Counted from the first letter of the stretch, positions 33,168 through 43,383 are shown. The stretch is DNA of 64,000 nucleotides from an uncultured Bacteroidales bacterium (GCA_937892025.1 CALAVA010000042.1:739-64738), one strand, 5' to 3'. The notes: generated by a model from the letters alone, not told the origin. A program made the numbers and translations.

Positions 33168-34163
33168 ATGGAAGAATACGCACACAAATCAGAAATCATC
33201 CAAACAAGAGCAGGAGGATTGGGCGGTTCAGATGCACCGCTATTGGCAAAAATAGCAAGTTTAGGTTATGTACCTAAAACCGCATACAAACGCATGGCTG
33301 TATGCAAGGGACTTATCCCAAGCGAAGACCACGGGACAAATGCGGCAATGCGTTACGGCGACTACATCGAGAATCAAATCTTTCAGCACCTGACACAAGG
33401 GGATAGCAGTTACCAAAGTAACCCTATGCTGGTCAGCGAAAAGTATAGTACACCTAACTGCCTATTGTTTGCCCATCCCGATTATCTGAAAGTGGATGAG
33501 GGGAAGCAGACCCTCTACGTCTATGAATGCAAGGCTACACGCTACAATGTCCAAGAAACGAAAATCAATTACCGAACGCAACTTTATGTCGAATGGCTGC
33601 TTGCAAAGGAAGTGGCGGCTAAAAAAGGCGTGAAATGGAAAGTAAAGTTGTTCTTGGTACATTATTCCACCGATGGTGTAAACGTGGAAGAATGCCCCGA
33701 ATTTGACCCAAATAGACTATCTGTGCATGAAGTCCGCTTTATCTCACAAGTGTTTGATGTGGCAAAGGGCATGAAAATCGTCAATGACTTCTTGGAAACT
33801 TTCGAGTTTTATACAGAAGAGGAGGAGATAAATTCTGCATACCTACCCGAAAAGGTACAAAGCCAGTTCAACCAGATAGCCACATTCCTGCACGAAATAA
33901 AAGAACGTGAAGCAAAGGTTGAGGAATTTAAGGCACGGCTTTATGACTTCATGCAGGACAAGGGCATCAAGCGTATAGCGTGTGATGACTTCTCTTTTAC
34001 GCTTGTAGCACCATCCGAATCATCATCGGTTGACTACAAGAAAATCTTTGAGAAAGAATTTGAAAGCAGGCATCCACGAAAAGCAAACAAACTTAAAGAC
34101 CAGAACAAAAAGGTGGTCAAGAAAAAAGGATATGTGTTAATCAAAACAAGTAATAACAATTAA
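33168..34163 (+). CDS. YqaJ/lambda-Exo-like recombination exonuclease (PD-(D/E)XK)
   Basis: N-terminus RAGGLGGSDAPLL, then HPDYL....YVYECKAT, typical of YqaJ viral recombinase exonucleases; adjacent to RecT. Confidence 0.7.
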   Translation: MEEYAHKSEIIQTRAGGLGGSDAPLLAKIASLGYVPKTAYKRMAVCKGLIPSEDHGTNAAMRYGDYIENQIFQHLTQGDSSYQSNPMLVSEKYSTPNCLLFAHPDYLKVDEGKQTLYVYECKATRYNVQETKINYRTQLYVEWLLAKEVAAKKGVKWKVKLFLVHYSTDGVNVEECPEFDPNRLSVHEVRFISQVFDVAKGMKIVNDFLETFEFYTEEEEINSAYLPEKVQSQFNQIATFLHEIKEREAKVEEFKARLYDFMQDKGIKRIACDDFSFTLVAPSESSSVDYKKIFEKEFESRHPRKANKLKDQNKKVVKKKGYVLIKTSNNN

Positions 34164-34174
34164 AACAAAAAACT

Positions 34175-34966
34175 ATGGCAAATTCAAACATCGTCGCCCT
34201 TAAAGGGTATTTCAACAATGAGGCTTGCATGAAGAATCTGCAAGCGATGTTAGGACAAAAGGCACAAGGTTTTGCAACAAGTGTCCTGTCGGTAGTGAAT
34301 AACAATCGGCTTTTGCAAAATGCTGACCCTGCATCAATCTATTCAAGTGCGATGGTCGCTGCTTCCCTCGACCTGCCCATCAACCCAAACCTTGGTTTTG
34401 CGGCAATCGTTCCTTATGGCAAGCAGGCACAGTTTCAAATAATGACAAGAGGACTAATACAGTTAGCCATAAGAAGCGGCCAGTACGAACGCATCACAAA
34501 TGCCGTTGTGCATAAAGGCGAACTTGTCAAGTATGACCCATTCAAAGACGAATACGAATTTGATGCGTCAAAGAAAGAAAGCGATGAGATTATCGGTTTC
34601 ATGGCATACTTCCGTACCATCGGTGGATTTGAAAAGTATTTCTACATGACGAAAGAAGAGGCGATGGCACATGGAAAGAAATACAGCAAATCATTTTCAT
34701 CTGGAGTATGGAATACCGACCCCACCGCTATGTGCCTAAAAACGGTCACGAAGTTGCTGCTTTCCAAGTTTGGCATCTTGTCTATTGAAATGCAGAGAGC
34801 AATTAAATTTGACCAAGGTGTAGCAAAAGGCGACTTCACACAGATTGACAACATTGAGGATATTGATGCAGCAGATGTGGAATACGTTGACAATCCACAA
34901 GAACAAGTCGATGAACAGAAACAAAAAGAGGTCGCCGACAAATTTAAGGACTTTGATGCAAAATAA
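34175..34966 (+). CDS. recT: RecT-family single-strand annealing protein
   Basis: LDLPINPNLGFAAIVPYGKQAQFQIMTRGLIQLAIRSGQY....AYFRT.GGF is collinear with RecT; paired with the exonuclease. Confidence 0.7.
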   Translation: MANSNIVALKGYFNNEACMKNLQAMLGQKAQGFATSVLSVVNNNRLLQNADPASIYSSAMVAASLDLPINPNLGFAAIVPYGKQAQFQIMTRGLIQLAIRSGQYERITNAVVHKGELVKYDPFKDEYEFDASKKESDEIIGFMAYFRTIGGFEKYFYMTKEEAMAHGKKYSKSFSSGVWNTDPTAMCLKTVTKLLLSKFGILSIEMQRAIKFDQGVAKGDFTQIDNIEDIDAADVEYVDNPQEQVDEQKQKEVADKFKDFDAK

Positions 34967-34990
34967 TTTTGTATATTCAAACAAAATCAT

Positions 34991-34998
34991 TACCTTTG
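34991..34998 (+). promoter_or_regulatory. Bacteroidetes-type -7 promoter motif TACCTTTG
   Basis: Matches TAnnTTTG, about 31 nt upstream of the dnaN-like ATG. Confidence 0.5.
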
Positions 34999-35028
34999 CA
35001 ACAGATTCACGAAAACAAATAAAGACTT

Positions 35029-36165
35029 ATGAAAAAGATTACATTTAACGTAGATTCTGTGTTGCCACAACTTGCACAAGTTGCAAGCGTGGTGAACAGC
35101 AAGAATACCATACAGATATTGGATTCTGTAATGGTAGAAACATTTAGTGATGGGAGTACCGCTATCTTTACTACATCCGATGGGGAAGTCACCTTGCAGA
35201 TGAAAGCAGCAGTTGAAAGCGAAGAGCCAACGAAGTTCTGTGTGGAAGCCAAGACGTTCTTGCAGACGTTGAGAGGATTGAACGGAAGAGTTGTTACCCT
35301 TACGCTTACAGATGAAAGTCCTACGATTGAGGGCAAATACGACAACGGAAACTTTAAGTTGCCTTATCAGGACGCATCCATGTTCCCAACGCCAAATAAG
35401 TTTGACGGGGAGCAGGAAGAACGGATTTTGGATGCACAATGTTTCCTCCGTGCGGTGGATATGGTAAAGTTCTCCGTAGCAAGTGATGAACTCCGACCAC
35501 AAATGAATGGCGTTCACGTTGATTTCTTTGCAGACTCGATGGTGGCGGTTGCAAGTGACGGGCATAAACTTGCCAAGTTTTCTGACCTTTCCATTACAAG
35601 AACGGATGATAAGGTCAGCGAGTTCATCTTGCCGACCAAGCCGTCAAACCTCCTAACCAGCATTATGCAGAAAGCGGTGGGTGATGTAAAGATTACATTT
35701 GACGCACGGATGCTGTCTGTAAGCAATTCTGACTGGAAACTGACCACACGGCTTATTGAAGGGCGTTTCCCAAATTACAACTCTGTCATCCCCAAAGACC
35801 TGTCTATTGAAGCCGTCGTGAACAAAGAGAACATTCTGGGAGCACTGAAAAGAGTCTTACCACTTGGCAGTTCATCCTCCGAAATGGTTGTATTGAACTT
35901 TAGAAACAACGCCGTGATTGTTTCAGCAGAGGACATTGACTTTTCAACATCGGCAAGCGAGATGATTCCCTGCGAGTATAGCGGTGAGAGTTTACGTATT
36001 GCATTCAAAGGCTCGTTCCTCGCAATGTCCGTCCAGAACATAGACGACGAACTCATTGTTTTTTCGATGTCCGACCCATCCCGTGCTTGCGTCCTGCGTC
36101 CTTTTGAGCAAGCAGGACAGACAGAGTTTCTTTCGTTGCTTATGCCAATGATGTTGAACGATTAA
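35029..36165 (+). CDS. dnaN: DNA polymerase III beta subunit (sliding clamp)
   Basis: 378 aa; ..LPQLAQVASVVNSKNTIQILDSVMVE.., ..DELRPQMNGVHVDF.., ..TRLIEGRFPNYNSVIP.. match DnaN hallmarks. Confidence 0.8.
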   Translation: MKKITFNVDSVLPQLAQVASVVNSKNTIQILDSVMVETFSDGSTAIFTTSDGEVTLQMKAAVESEEPTKFCVEAKTFLQTLRGLNGRVVTLTLTDESPTIEGKYDNGNFKLPYQDASMFPTPNKFDGEQEERILDAQCFLRAVDMVKFSVASDELRPQMNGVHVDFFADSMVAVASDGHKLAKFSDLSITRTDDKVSEFILPTKPSNLLTSIMQKAVGDVKITFDARMLSVSNSDWKLTTRLIEGRFPNYNSVIPKDLSIEAVVNKENILGALKRVLPLGSSSSEMVVLNFRNNAVIVSAEDIDFSTSASEMIPCEYSGESLRIAFKGSFLAMSVQNIDDELIVFSMSDPSRACVLRPFEQAGQTEFLSLLMPMMLND

Positions 36166-36176
36166 ACGTTTCTGCT

Positions 36177-36554
36177 ATGAGAGAAAGCGGATATTACCCC
36201 ATGGGAGCGGAGCACGACTTGTCCGCTCCCTACAACCAAAAAGAGCCTCCACCTATCACACAAGAATGCTCCGTCCGACAGACAATGTACAAGACCGTTG
36301 AACTTGAAACCACAAACTACAATGTGGTAAAAGGAGAAGATGGATGTGCGGAATACGAACTTGGCGAAATTGATTGGGTGGACGAGTTTGTGAAACAACA
36401 CATGACCATTCAAAACCTGCTAATCGAATTGAAGAAATACGTTGAGCACGACCTTTCCATGTCTCAAACAGGTCGGCAAAGGTATCGCTTGAAATGGATT
36501 CTGCAAGAAATCGCTGAATGGAACTTTGAGAACATCGAAGTGGAAGAAGAATGA
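36177..36554 (+). CDS. hypothetical protein (125 aa)
   Basis: ORF-track ORF. Confidence 0.5.
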   Translation: MRESGYYPMGAEHDLSAPYNQKEPPPITQECSVRQTMYKTVELETTNYNVVKGEDGCAEYELGEIDWVDEFVKQHMTIQNLLIELKKYVEHDLSMSQTGRQRYRLKWILQEIAEWNFENIEVEEE

Positions 36555-36979
36555 CGTATGACAATGGCTACATAAACGGCTACATTGAACGTAAGCCTGA
36601 CAAAAGTTTTTCTGGTACGCTTTCCGTTGATGGCGTGAAATTGGACGGGATAGTGGGCGAATATTTCAAGGAAGATGGCGTAACGCATCTTTGGTTGAAA
36701 CGTAAGCCCTTGCTTGAATATGATGCCGTGACACAAACCTATGTGCAACGTCCAAGAGAGCCACGATGGGAAGCCTACCTGCAAAAACAGCAGCATGACA
36801 CCATCGCTTATAAAGGCACGTTCAAGTTCCTGCATTTCTGTTACTCCATTGTCGGCATCTGGGATAAGGTTCTTGGCATGGAAAAGCAACGGATGAACTT
36901 CTACATAGAACGGCTACCTATGAATGAACAGACCATCATAAACTCTATAAACGAAAGAAAAAAGAACTTGCATGAATAA
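36551..36979 (+). CDS. hypothetical protein (142 aa)
   Basis: ORF-track ORF. Confidence 0.5.
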   Translation: MTYDNGYINGYIERKPDKSFSGTLSVDGVKLDGIVGEYFKEDGVTHLWLKRKPLLEYDAVTQTYVQRPREPRWEAYLQKQQHDTIAYKGTFKFLHFCYSIVGIWDKVLGMEKQRMNFYIERLPMNEQTIINSINERKKNLHE

Positions 36980-37382
36980 CTACGAAGAACAACCATTGGC
37001 TATCCTAAAGAATGCCGTTGCAGAAGTGTGTGACGTGGAGATAGACTTGATGCTTGACAAGAGCGGAAAGAAATATCATTACAATCACGCACGTTGGCTT
37101 TTGTGGCTTGCGATAAAAACCCTTACACACTATTCCAACAACGTAATTGCACGAATGACAAAGGACAAAGACGGTAATTGCTTTACCGTTGATAGCGTGG
37201 GGAAAGGTATTGCCAAGATGTCTCAAATGACAAGTAACGACTATGTGTGGCAAAAGAAATGGAAAGCCATTAAAGAAGTCATTGCTGAACTGAAAAAGGA
37301 TTCAGAAACAAGAGAGGAAACAAAACAGAAAATAACAATCATCGTTCCATTCGGTATCGAGGTGGAAGTAAAAAATCAATAA
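36972..37382 (+). CDS. hypothetical protein (136 aa)
   Basis: ORF-track ORF. Confidence 0.5.
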   Translation: MNNYEEQPLAILKNAVAEVCDVEIDLMLDKSGKKYHYNHARWLLWLAIKTLTHYSNNVIARMTKDKDGNCFTVDSVGKGIAKMSQMTSNDYVWQKKWKAIKEVIAELKKDSETREETKQKITIIVPFGIEVEVKNQ

Positions 37383-37385
37383 AAA

Positions 37386-37796
37386 ATGATATACGAAGCA
37401 ACTATCCAGTTTATTGCCATTGACAATAACGGCAATGACAAAAGCACCAAGCAGTCTTACATCATTGAGAATGCAGAACTTTTTGCACAAGTTGAAAACA
37501 GGCTTTACGAAGAGTTTGAGGGGTACACCGATTTGGACGTGGTGGCGATTAAGAGAAGCAAGATTAAGGAGATTGCCAATGGGAGAACGTCTGACGATGA
37601 AAAGATTTTCCTTGCCACATTGGTCGATGTATTCTTGAATGATGACGGAAGCGAGAAAGAAATAAAATATACAATTGCTTTCTTCAGCAAGGATATGAAC
37701 ACGGCACACGCATACATTCGTGAATATGTTTCGCAGGGATATAACATGGGTGTTAAGCAGATTAAGGAATCTAAACTGATAGACGTTTTGAAATGA
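37386..37796 (+). CDS. hypothetical protein (136 aa)
   Basis: ORF-track ORF. Confidence 0.5.
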   Translation: MIYEATIQFIAIDNNGNDKSTKQSYIIENAELFAQVENRLYEEFEGYTDLDVVAIKRSKIKEIANGRTSDDEKIFLATLVDVFLNDDGSEKEIKYTIAFFSKDMNTAHAYIREYVSQGYNMGVKQIKESKLIDVLK

Positions 37797-38203
37797 AATA
37801 CTTTTCCAAGAAAGTCACCTATCAAGGAATTACCTTTGATTCTGCAAAAGAGCGAGACCGCTACATCATGCTGAAAGACATGGAACGCAAAGGAGCGATA
37901 AAAGGTCTTGAACTTCAAAAGCATTTTGAACTCCTGCCTAAACAGGTCAAGTATGTAACCATACAACTGAAAACAAAGACAAAGGTGGTTGAAAGAGTTG
38001 ACGAAAAAGCGGTTGGGTATCATTGTGACTTCTTTTATTTCAACTGTAAGACTGGGCAATATGTTATTGAGGAAATAAAGTCAAAGGCAACGATGCTTAT
38101 CCGCGACTATTCTTTGAGACGCAAACTTGTTAAGTTGATAATAAAAAGGATGAATGAACAAGCAGGGGCAGAGTTGTATGTATTTAACGAAATTGTAAAA
38201 TAA
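37793..38203 (+). CDS. DUF1064-like putative Holliday-junction resolvase / PD-(D/E)XK nuclease
   Basis: GITFDSAKERDRYIMLK..E..GAIKGLELQKHFEL....Y.CDFFYF.....YVIEEIKS matches the DUF1064 pattern (FDSk.E..ry..L....G.I..Le.Q..f.L....Y.aDF.y.......vvEd.Kg). Confidence 0.55.
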   Translation: MKYFSKKVTYQGITFDSAKERDRYIMLKDMERKGAIKGLELQKHFELLPKQVKYVTIQLKTKTKVVERVDEKAVGYHCDFFYFNCKTGQYVIEEIKSKATMLIRDYSLRRKLVKLIIKRMNEQAGAELYVFNEIVK

Positions 38204-38204
38204 T

Positions 38205-38825
38205 ATGCTTTCATATCTTGACACACAAAATACCCTCCACACAAGAATGGTGGACTTTACTTTGCAGGAATACCTCTTTGTCACTCAAGTGGTTTTAGGT
38301 GAGGATATTCGGGTAGCCTATGCAAACATCTACGATGAAGCGGAATTTAAGCGGAACATACCGAGCGAGGATGAAGAAGAATACCTCGCAAAGTTCAAAC
38401 GTGATGCGGAGATACTTTTGGAGCAGCAAAGTTGTAGGCAATTAAGAGAATATCTTGAACAGGAATACAGAAGCGACATACAAGACAAGGCAAGTACGCT
38501 TGAAGATTATCGCTTTACGGGTGCCGAGGTTCAGAGGCTTTTGAACAACCTTTTGCATGAAAGGTCGCAGGAGTTATCCGAAGCGTCTGTGCGTGATATT
38601 CTCGCACTCATCAAGAGTATGTATGATTCTGGTGCTCTTGATTCGGGAGATTCATTCCAGTCGCACTTCATAACGATACCAAAGAAGTATGATATTTTGT
38701 GTCCACAATGCTCACGCGAGGGGTATGCGGTTGAGGGTCTTGATTTTCGCTGTCAACACTGTGGTTGTGTTGCAAAATGGAGCGAGTCAGAACGAAGATA
38801 CTTTCCAAACTTAAATCACCTCTAA
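38205..38825 (+). CDS. hypothetical protein with C-terminal zinc-ribbon (206 aa)
   Basis: CPQCSREG....RCQHCGC near the C-terminus. Confidence 0.5.
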   Translation: MLSYLDTQNTLHTRMVDFTLQEYLFVTQVVLGEDIRVAYANIYDEAEFKRNIPSEDEEEYLAKFKRDAEILLEQQSCRQLREYLEQEYRSDIQDKASTLEDYRFTGAEVQRLLNNLLHERSQELSEASVRDILALIKSMYDSGALDSGDSFQSHFITIPKKYDILCPQCSREGYAVEGLDFRCQHCGCVAKWSESERRYFPNLNHL

Positions 38826-38837
38826 ACTTAAACGCTT

Positions 38838-39182
38838 ATGGAAGAATCAAGAATTGTTTATCATGTTCAACTTATTAGGCTTGTCGGTTTCAAAAAAGAC
38901 GGCACACCAAACTTTATAGATAATGCACCTATAGACGAAGAAATATTTAGCAGTTATGAACTTGCAAAGGAATATGCAGAGAAGAATAAGTTGAGTATTA
39001 AGTGTCTTCGTGATTATTATGGTGATGGCAAGGATTATAGGGCATTGTATGTTGGTGCAAAGATTTGGTCTGAAACGATAAAAACGGAGGAACTTAATAG
39101 TTATATATGTGATGATGACTACATCGAGAGACTACGGAAGATGGATGCTGTACACAAACTTTACGAACTTGAATACCTATGA
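38838..39182 (+). CDS. hypothetical protein (114 aa)
   Basis: ORF-track ORF. Confidence 0.5.
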   Translation: MEESRIVYHVQLIRLVGFKKDGTPNFIDNAPIDEEIFSSYELAKEYAEKNKLSIKCLRDYYGDGKDYRALYVGAKIWSETIKTEELNSYICDDDYIERLRKMDAVHKLYELEYL

Positions 39183-39418
39183 TAGATATAATAACAGATA
39201 TTAACCCTATTGAGAGGGAGTACCCGACTGGTTTTCAAACAGAGAAATGGGTTGGTGGTATCGTTATAAAAGGCGGTGTCGATGGAAGCATCCTACAATG
39301 GCATCTTGAAGACGAATCACCAAAACGCATAGTAGAATCACAAATATGTGCACTTGAAAGTATGAAGGATGCAATCAAGAAACGTATAAAACTTTTAGAA
39401 AGTAGTTTAAGGGATTAA
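39179..39418 (+). CDS. hypothetical protein (79 aa)
   Basis: ORF-track ORF. Confidence 0.5.
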   Translation: MIDIITDINPIEREYPTGFQTEKWVGGIVIKGGVDGSILQWHLEDESPKRIVESQICALESMKDAIKKRIKLLESSLRD

Positions 39419-39423
39419 AAACA

Positions 39424-39630
39424 ATGATTATGGAACAGATAACAAGAAAAGATTTTCACACGTTTTGCGTAAACTTTGCGTATGAATTTATTTCATCGGA
39501 ATGTATGATGAAAGAGTTTAAGAAACTAACTTGCGGCGATGCACAAGAAGTGAAAGAACATTTGGAAAATAATTTGTTGCTTGATTTGCGAGAATGGTTG
39601 AAAGAAAAAGGAGTTGAAGTAGAAGATTGA
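39424..39630 (+). CDS. hypothetical protein (68 aa)
   Basis: ORF-track ORF. Confidence 0.5.
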   Translation: MIMEQITRKDFHTFCVNFAYEFISSECMMKEFKKLTCGDAQEVKEHLENNLLLDLREWLKEKGVEVED

Positions 39631-39635
39631 CGCTT

Positions 39636-39935
39636 ATGGAGACAAAAGACAAATGCTTTATCCTCAAAGAAAATTCTGAGGAAATTCGGCAGAAGATTAG
39701 GAGTGCAGGAATTAGTGTTTGCATTTGTGCAGAGTTTGTTGATGCGTGTTGGCTTGACTATTCCACAAGGGTTAAAAATGGCGTTCATGGTGTAGGCTAT
39801 TGGAGCGAATATGTGGGCGTTAAATCACAGAAAGCAGCATTAGACTTATTCTTGTGCGAACTAAAGAACCCCGTTTGGTGTAGTAGCGTCGATGAGTTTA
39901 TAGATGAAATCCTAAAGTGGGAACACAACAAATAA
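39636..39935 (+). CDS. hypothetical protein (99 aa)
   Basis: First ATG of ORF 39627..39935. Confidence 0.5.
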   Translation: METKDKCFILKENSEEIRQKIRSAGISVCICAEFVDACWLDYSTRVKNGVHGVGYWSEYVGVKSQKAALDLFLCELKNPVWCSSVDEFIDEILKWEHNK

Positions 39936-40000
39936 CAACACGCAAAATATAAATAGCAGGTGTCAGTCCTGCACATTGTTCAATTAAAAATCAAATTATT

Positions 40001-40834
40001 ATGGCTACAAGCATTGTAGAAACCATTACTCCGCAAAAGGCACAGGAGTATTTGGCAAAAAGCGGTGGAAATCGCAACATCAGCAAGGGGGTTGTCAATA
40101 GTTATGCGACAACCATGAGAGAGGGTAAATGGTTGCTAAATGGCGAACCCATCGTGTTTGACCTAAATGATGTATTGCTGAATGGGCATCACCGATTGTA
40201 TGCAGTCATTCAGTCGAACACACCCATCCAGACATTTGTTACAAGAGGAGTGGAGCACGAAGCATTTACTACGTTTGATTGTGGAAGAAGCCGCACATTG
40301 GGACAACTTATTGGGATGCAAGGGATAAAACATTACACATCGGTTGCATCGGTGGTCAATGTTGCATTCCGTCTTGTGAACAATCTCGCAATTTCAAACA
40401 CAGGACTTGGAGCAGATGCGAAACGCACAAATTCACAGATGATAGACTTCTTCAATCGGGACAGAGAACTTTTTATAGAAGCAGGTGAGTTTGGCACAAG
40501 CATGAGGAACAAAGCCCCATTTGTAGATACATCAACAATCGGCGGTGCGTACTATTTTCTTATAAGATATGGGGCATACAAAAGGGATTTTGTAAAAGAT
40601 TTTTTTGAAGACCTTTGCCGAATGGGAACGAGCAAACATAAGGTTGTGGATATTTTAAGAGAAAAATTACAGCGAAACAAAATGTGCTCCACCAAGGTGA
40701 CGCTAAAAAGTGTAAATGCGGCACTTATTATTAAGGCGTGGAATTTTTATGTTAAGGGTGTTGTTCCTAAAGTTCTTCTATTTAATCCAAAGAAAGAGGA
40801 TTATCCCCATTTCATAAAGCACAACGAACTATAA
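40001..40834 (+). CDS. ParB/Srx-like N-terminal nuclease-domain protein
   Basis: ..GEPIVFDLNDVLLNGHHRLYAVIQSNTPI.. resembles the ParBc core (lidGhHRl.A). Confidence 0.5.
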   Translation: MATSIVETITPQKAQEYLAKSGGNRNISKGVVNSYATTMREGKWLLNGEPIVFDLNDVLLNGHHRLYAVIQSNTPIQTFVTRGVEHEAFTTFDCGRSRTLGQLIGMQGIKHYTSVASVVNVAFRLVNNLAISNTGLGADAKRTNSQMIDFFNRDRELFIEAGEFGTSMRNKAPFVDTSTIGGAYYFLIRYGAYKRDFVKDFFEDLCRMGTSKHKVVDILREKLQRNKMCSTKVTLKSVNAALIIKAWNFYVKGVVPKVLLFNPKKEDYPHFIKHNEL

Positions 40835-40845
40835 TATAACAACAA

Positions 40846-40890
40846 ATAGCCGTATTTCGCCCAAATCAAGCGTTCTACGGCTATTTTATT
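40846..40890. terminator. bidirectional terminator candidate between convergent gene arrays
   Basis: 9-bp stem atagccgta (40846-54) pairs with tacggctat (40876-84), followed by tttattgctttt. Confidence 0.5.
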
Positions 40891-40930
40891 GCTTTTAGGT
40901 ACAAACTACCACCTATAAGAAAAACGTGGC

Positions 40931-41266
40931 TTATTCGGCTTTATTTGCGTTTTCTACGTTTTCAAAGTCCTTTTCTTCCAACTTTGGCATCGGTGGCATA
41001 GAACCAAATCCACCTCCATTGAACATTGAGCCAAGAATACTTAACGCAAACATATCAGCAAGACCTCCGTTAAGTTGAATCTTTGCACCCCAAAGGATAT
41101 TGCACAGCGTACTTAGATGACCCTCTGTAGCCATCTTGTCCTTCTGATACTTCTGTTTTTCAAACTCGTCAAGTTTGTAGAACTCTTCCGAATAACAGAA
41201 TTTTGTTTTCTCTACAAGGCTTTCGAGTGTTACCTTGTGCTCCTGTAAAAGTTTTTCTCTTTCCAT
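40931..41266 (-). CDS. hypothetical protein with C-terminal glycine-zipper-like hydrophobic segment (111 aa)
   Basis: GGLADMFALSILGSMFNGGGFG resembles NGIADLFGLAIIASMFGWNGGNGFG in the 43384..44319 protein. Confidence 0.55.
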   Translation of the reverse strand: MEREKLLQEHKVTLESLVEKTKFCYSEEFYKLDEFEKQKYQKDKMATEGHLSTLCNILWGAKIQLNGGLADMFALSILGSMFNGGGFGSMPPMPKLEEKDFENVENANKAE

Positions 41267-41271
41267 AAAGT

Positions 41272-41664
41272 TTAATGCCTTAATATATCGTTTTTAATCT
41301 CATGTGCGATACGCCTAATGATATACCCTTGAGTCCAAGCGGCATCCTCGCTGCCATAAGGAACATTGTAGTAATCACAAATGGCGGTTTGAACATGGTC
41401 GCATTCATGGGCGACAGTATCGGCGAACTGCTCCATAGACGAAGCGGCACCAACAAATATGACACTCATCCGCAAATCCTCGCGAGAAATGGTCATACCC
41501 GTGTTGACCCCTAAAAGGATTTTAATGGCTTCGTTTATCTTATGTTCAGGCAACCCGAACGACTCCATTATTCCACCCATTTCATCTGCATCCATGATGT
41601 CAAAATCATAGATGAAAAGAATGCCCCACTTGTCATCGGGTATATCAATGTACCTTGTTTTCAT
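41272..41664 (-). CDS. putative small zinc metallopeptidase (HExxH)
   Basis: HECDH motif in ..FADTVAHECDHVQTAI..; 130 aa. Confidence 0.45.
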   Translation of the reverse strand: MKTRYIDIPDDKWGILFIYDFDIMDADEMGGIMESFGLPEHKINEAIKILLGVNTGMTISREDLRMSVIFVGAASSMEQFADTVAHECDHVQTAICDYYNVPYGSEDAAWTQGYIIRRIAHEIKNDILRH

Positions 41665-42077
41665 ATAAGCATATCCCAGAAAATAACCCCACCCTTTGCA
41701 CTACAATCAGCAAGGAATCGTGAAAACACAATCCCCTCATATCCGTCAGGGTCGTTAATTACGTCTTCAATGTACTTTGCCATGTGTGCCTCGTCCTCGA
41801 TTGAACTGCCCCAATAATCCGCTTTGACCATATTCGCCAAATACAAGGCATCATACCAGTCATTGCTCTCGACCTCGACTTTGTTCTTTTCAAGAATTGG
41901 CTTCAACTCCTCCAAAGTCATAGGTGTAATTTTTTTCATTGCACCAGTAGCCTTGTCCTCTTTCTCCATCTTGCTTACAGCAAAGTCACAGAGTTTCTTG
42001 TTGAAGTGCATTCCGTAGAATGACAGGTATTGTTCCATGTCAGACGGAATCAAATAGTTCATCAATGTATTTGCCAT
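41661..42077 (-). CDS. hypothetical protein (138 aa)
   Basis: ORF-track ORF, 4-nt overlap with the downstream HExxH gene. Confidence 0.55.
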   Translation of the reverse strand: MANTLMNYLIPSDMEQYLSFYGMHFNKKLCDFAVSKMEKEDKATGAMKKITPMTLEELKPILEKNKVEVESNDWYDALYLANMVKADYWGSSIEDEAHMAKYIEDVINDPDGYEGIVFSRFLADCSAKGGVIFWDMLI

Positions 42078-42175
42078 GTTAAATTTTTCCTTTTTTTTTA
42101 ACTTGTCTGTTTTTATAAGTTAAGGAATCGGGGAAAACTTAACGTAATCCCCAATTCCATGTTCACATTTTTTTT

Positions 42176-42436
42176 CTAAATGTATCTACCCCTTGCATCT
42201 CTTGCACGGCGGTAGTATTCATCCTCGCACCAGTCGTCATCCATGTCCTCTACGGCGTGCTTGTAACCCATACGATAATAGTGCTCTTTAGTGCTACCAT
42301 CGTGACGCATCATTGGCATCGTACCATCGTGGCGATACATACGCCTCATGTTATGACGAAGATTCTTCATCTCATCGTCACGGTCTGTATTCAGAATCAA
42401 ATATCCCATAATTTTGTTCCTTTCTTTTTTTGACAA
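42176..42436 (-). CDS. small His/Arg/Met/Asp-rich protein (86 aa or less)
   Basis: ORF-track ORF; start ambiguous (MSKK.. or MGYLIL..). Confidence 0.45.
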   Translation of the reverse strand: MSKKERNKIMGYLILNTDRDDEMKNLRHNMRRMYRHDGTMPMMRHDGSTKEHYYRMGYKHAVEDMDDDWCEDEYYRRARDARGRYI

Positions 42437-42445
42437 GACAACGGA

Positions 42446-42991
42446 TTAAACAGAACTTGGTGATGGAGACCCATTCAATGAACGAAGGATAGAAAGCATT
42501 TCAGCGTTTTGCTGTTCAAGCGTCGCCAATTTCTGGTCTGTAGCCCTCTGCTTTTCCTCTAAAGATTGAATCGTCCGTGCTTGACGTTTGTTGTCAGCAT
42601 ACTGAGGATTCAAGACCTCCAGCATCTTTTCACTTTCGGCAATGACACTCTTATGATAAGGTATCTGGTCGATTGCTTTCTTTGATGTCTGCAACATGGC
42701 ATCTACGGCTTGAAGCATTGCCTCTCGACTGCCGCTAAAGGTGTCATTACCTCTTGCGGCAATTTCCACGTTTACGGGAATGTCAGGGAACGTCTCATCC
42801 TTTCCGTTGATGGTTGCCGTTACATCAATCACCTGCTGTATTTGAACACCTTGCATGATGTTCGGGGTCTGCGTTGGGAATTTGGCTCTTGGCTGTGTTT
42901 TGCTCTTTACCACACCCACTTCCAAAACTGGCTTCTCTCCTTTGCGGAGCACGTAAAACGGATTACCGTTACCAAGTGAATTAAAATCCAT
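42446..42991 (-). CDS. hypothetical protein with C-terminal coiled coil (181 aa)
   Basis: ORF-track ORF. Confidence 0.55.
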   Translation of the reverse strand: MDFNSLGNGNPFYVLRKGEKPVLEVGVVKSKTQPRAKFPTQTPNIMQGVQIQQVIDVTATINGKDETFPDIPVNVEIAARGNDTFSGSREAMLQAVDAMLQTSKKAIDQIPYHKSVIAESEKMLEVLNPQYADNKRQARTIQSLEEKQRATDQKLATLEQQNAEMLSILRSLNGSPSPSSV

Positions 42992-43022
42992 CGTCTTGCT
43001 TTTTTAATTGTTATTACTTCGT

Positions 43023-43358
43023 TTACGCAATAGTACGTGACATCAGCATCAAAGCACTGTTGAAACGGTCGTTGTAGACCAATATGACACTTGTGTTAAT
43101 CAATGCCGCTGCGGTCAGCGGTGTGCCGTTTGGCAGCGTCAAAGCCCGTGTAGTTCCGTTCAGCGTCAATGTGATAGGCAAGGTGGCAGTTGTGCCTGTT
43201 GGTATTACATCCGAGATTCGGACAGTAAAGTAACCCAACGGCTGAATTCTGCGAAAACCTAACGAGATGTCGATGGTGTCAGTACCAATGGTGGTTGTCG
43301 TAGATGTAAGTAACGGAATACCCCCTGCATTCGTTGTTACGTTATTGAAACAAGTCAT
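43023..43358 (-). CDS. Thr-rich beta-type hypothetical protein (111 aa)
   Basis: ORF-track ORF. Confidence 0.55.
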   Translation of the reverse strand: MTCFNNVTTNAGGIPLLTSTTTTIGTDTIDISLGFRRIQPLGYFTVRISDVIPTGTTATLPITLTLNGTTRALTLPNGTPLTAAALINTSVILVYNDRFNSALMLMSRTIA

Positions 43359-43383
43359 ACTTTTTACCTCCTATTTCCGTTAA

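Noticed and set aside
42100-42175. Terminator between 42176 and 42077 (ggaatcgggga / tccccaattcc inverted repeat)
   Set aside because: The stem has a C-A mismatch and no T-run follows on the minus strand. It may be an intra-operon processing or attenuation hairpin, but support is weak.
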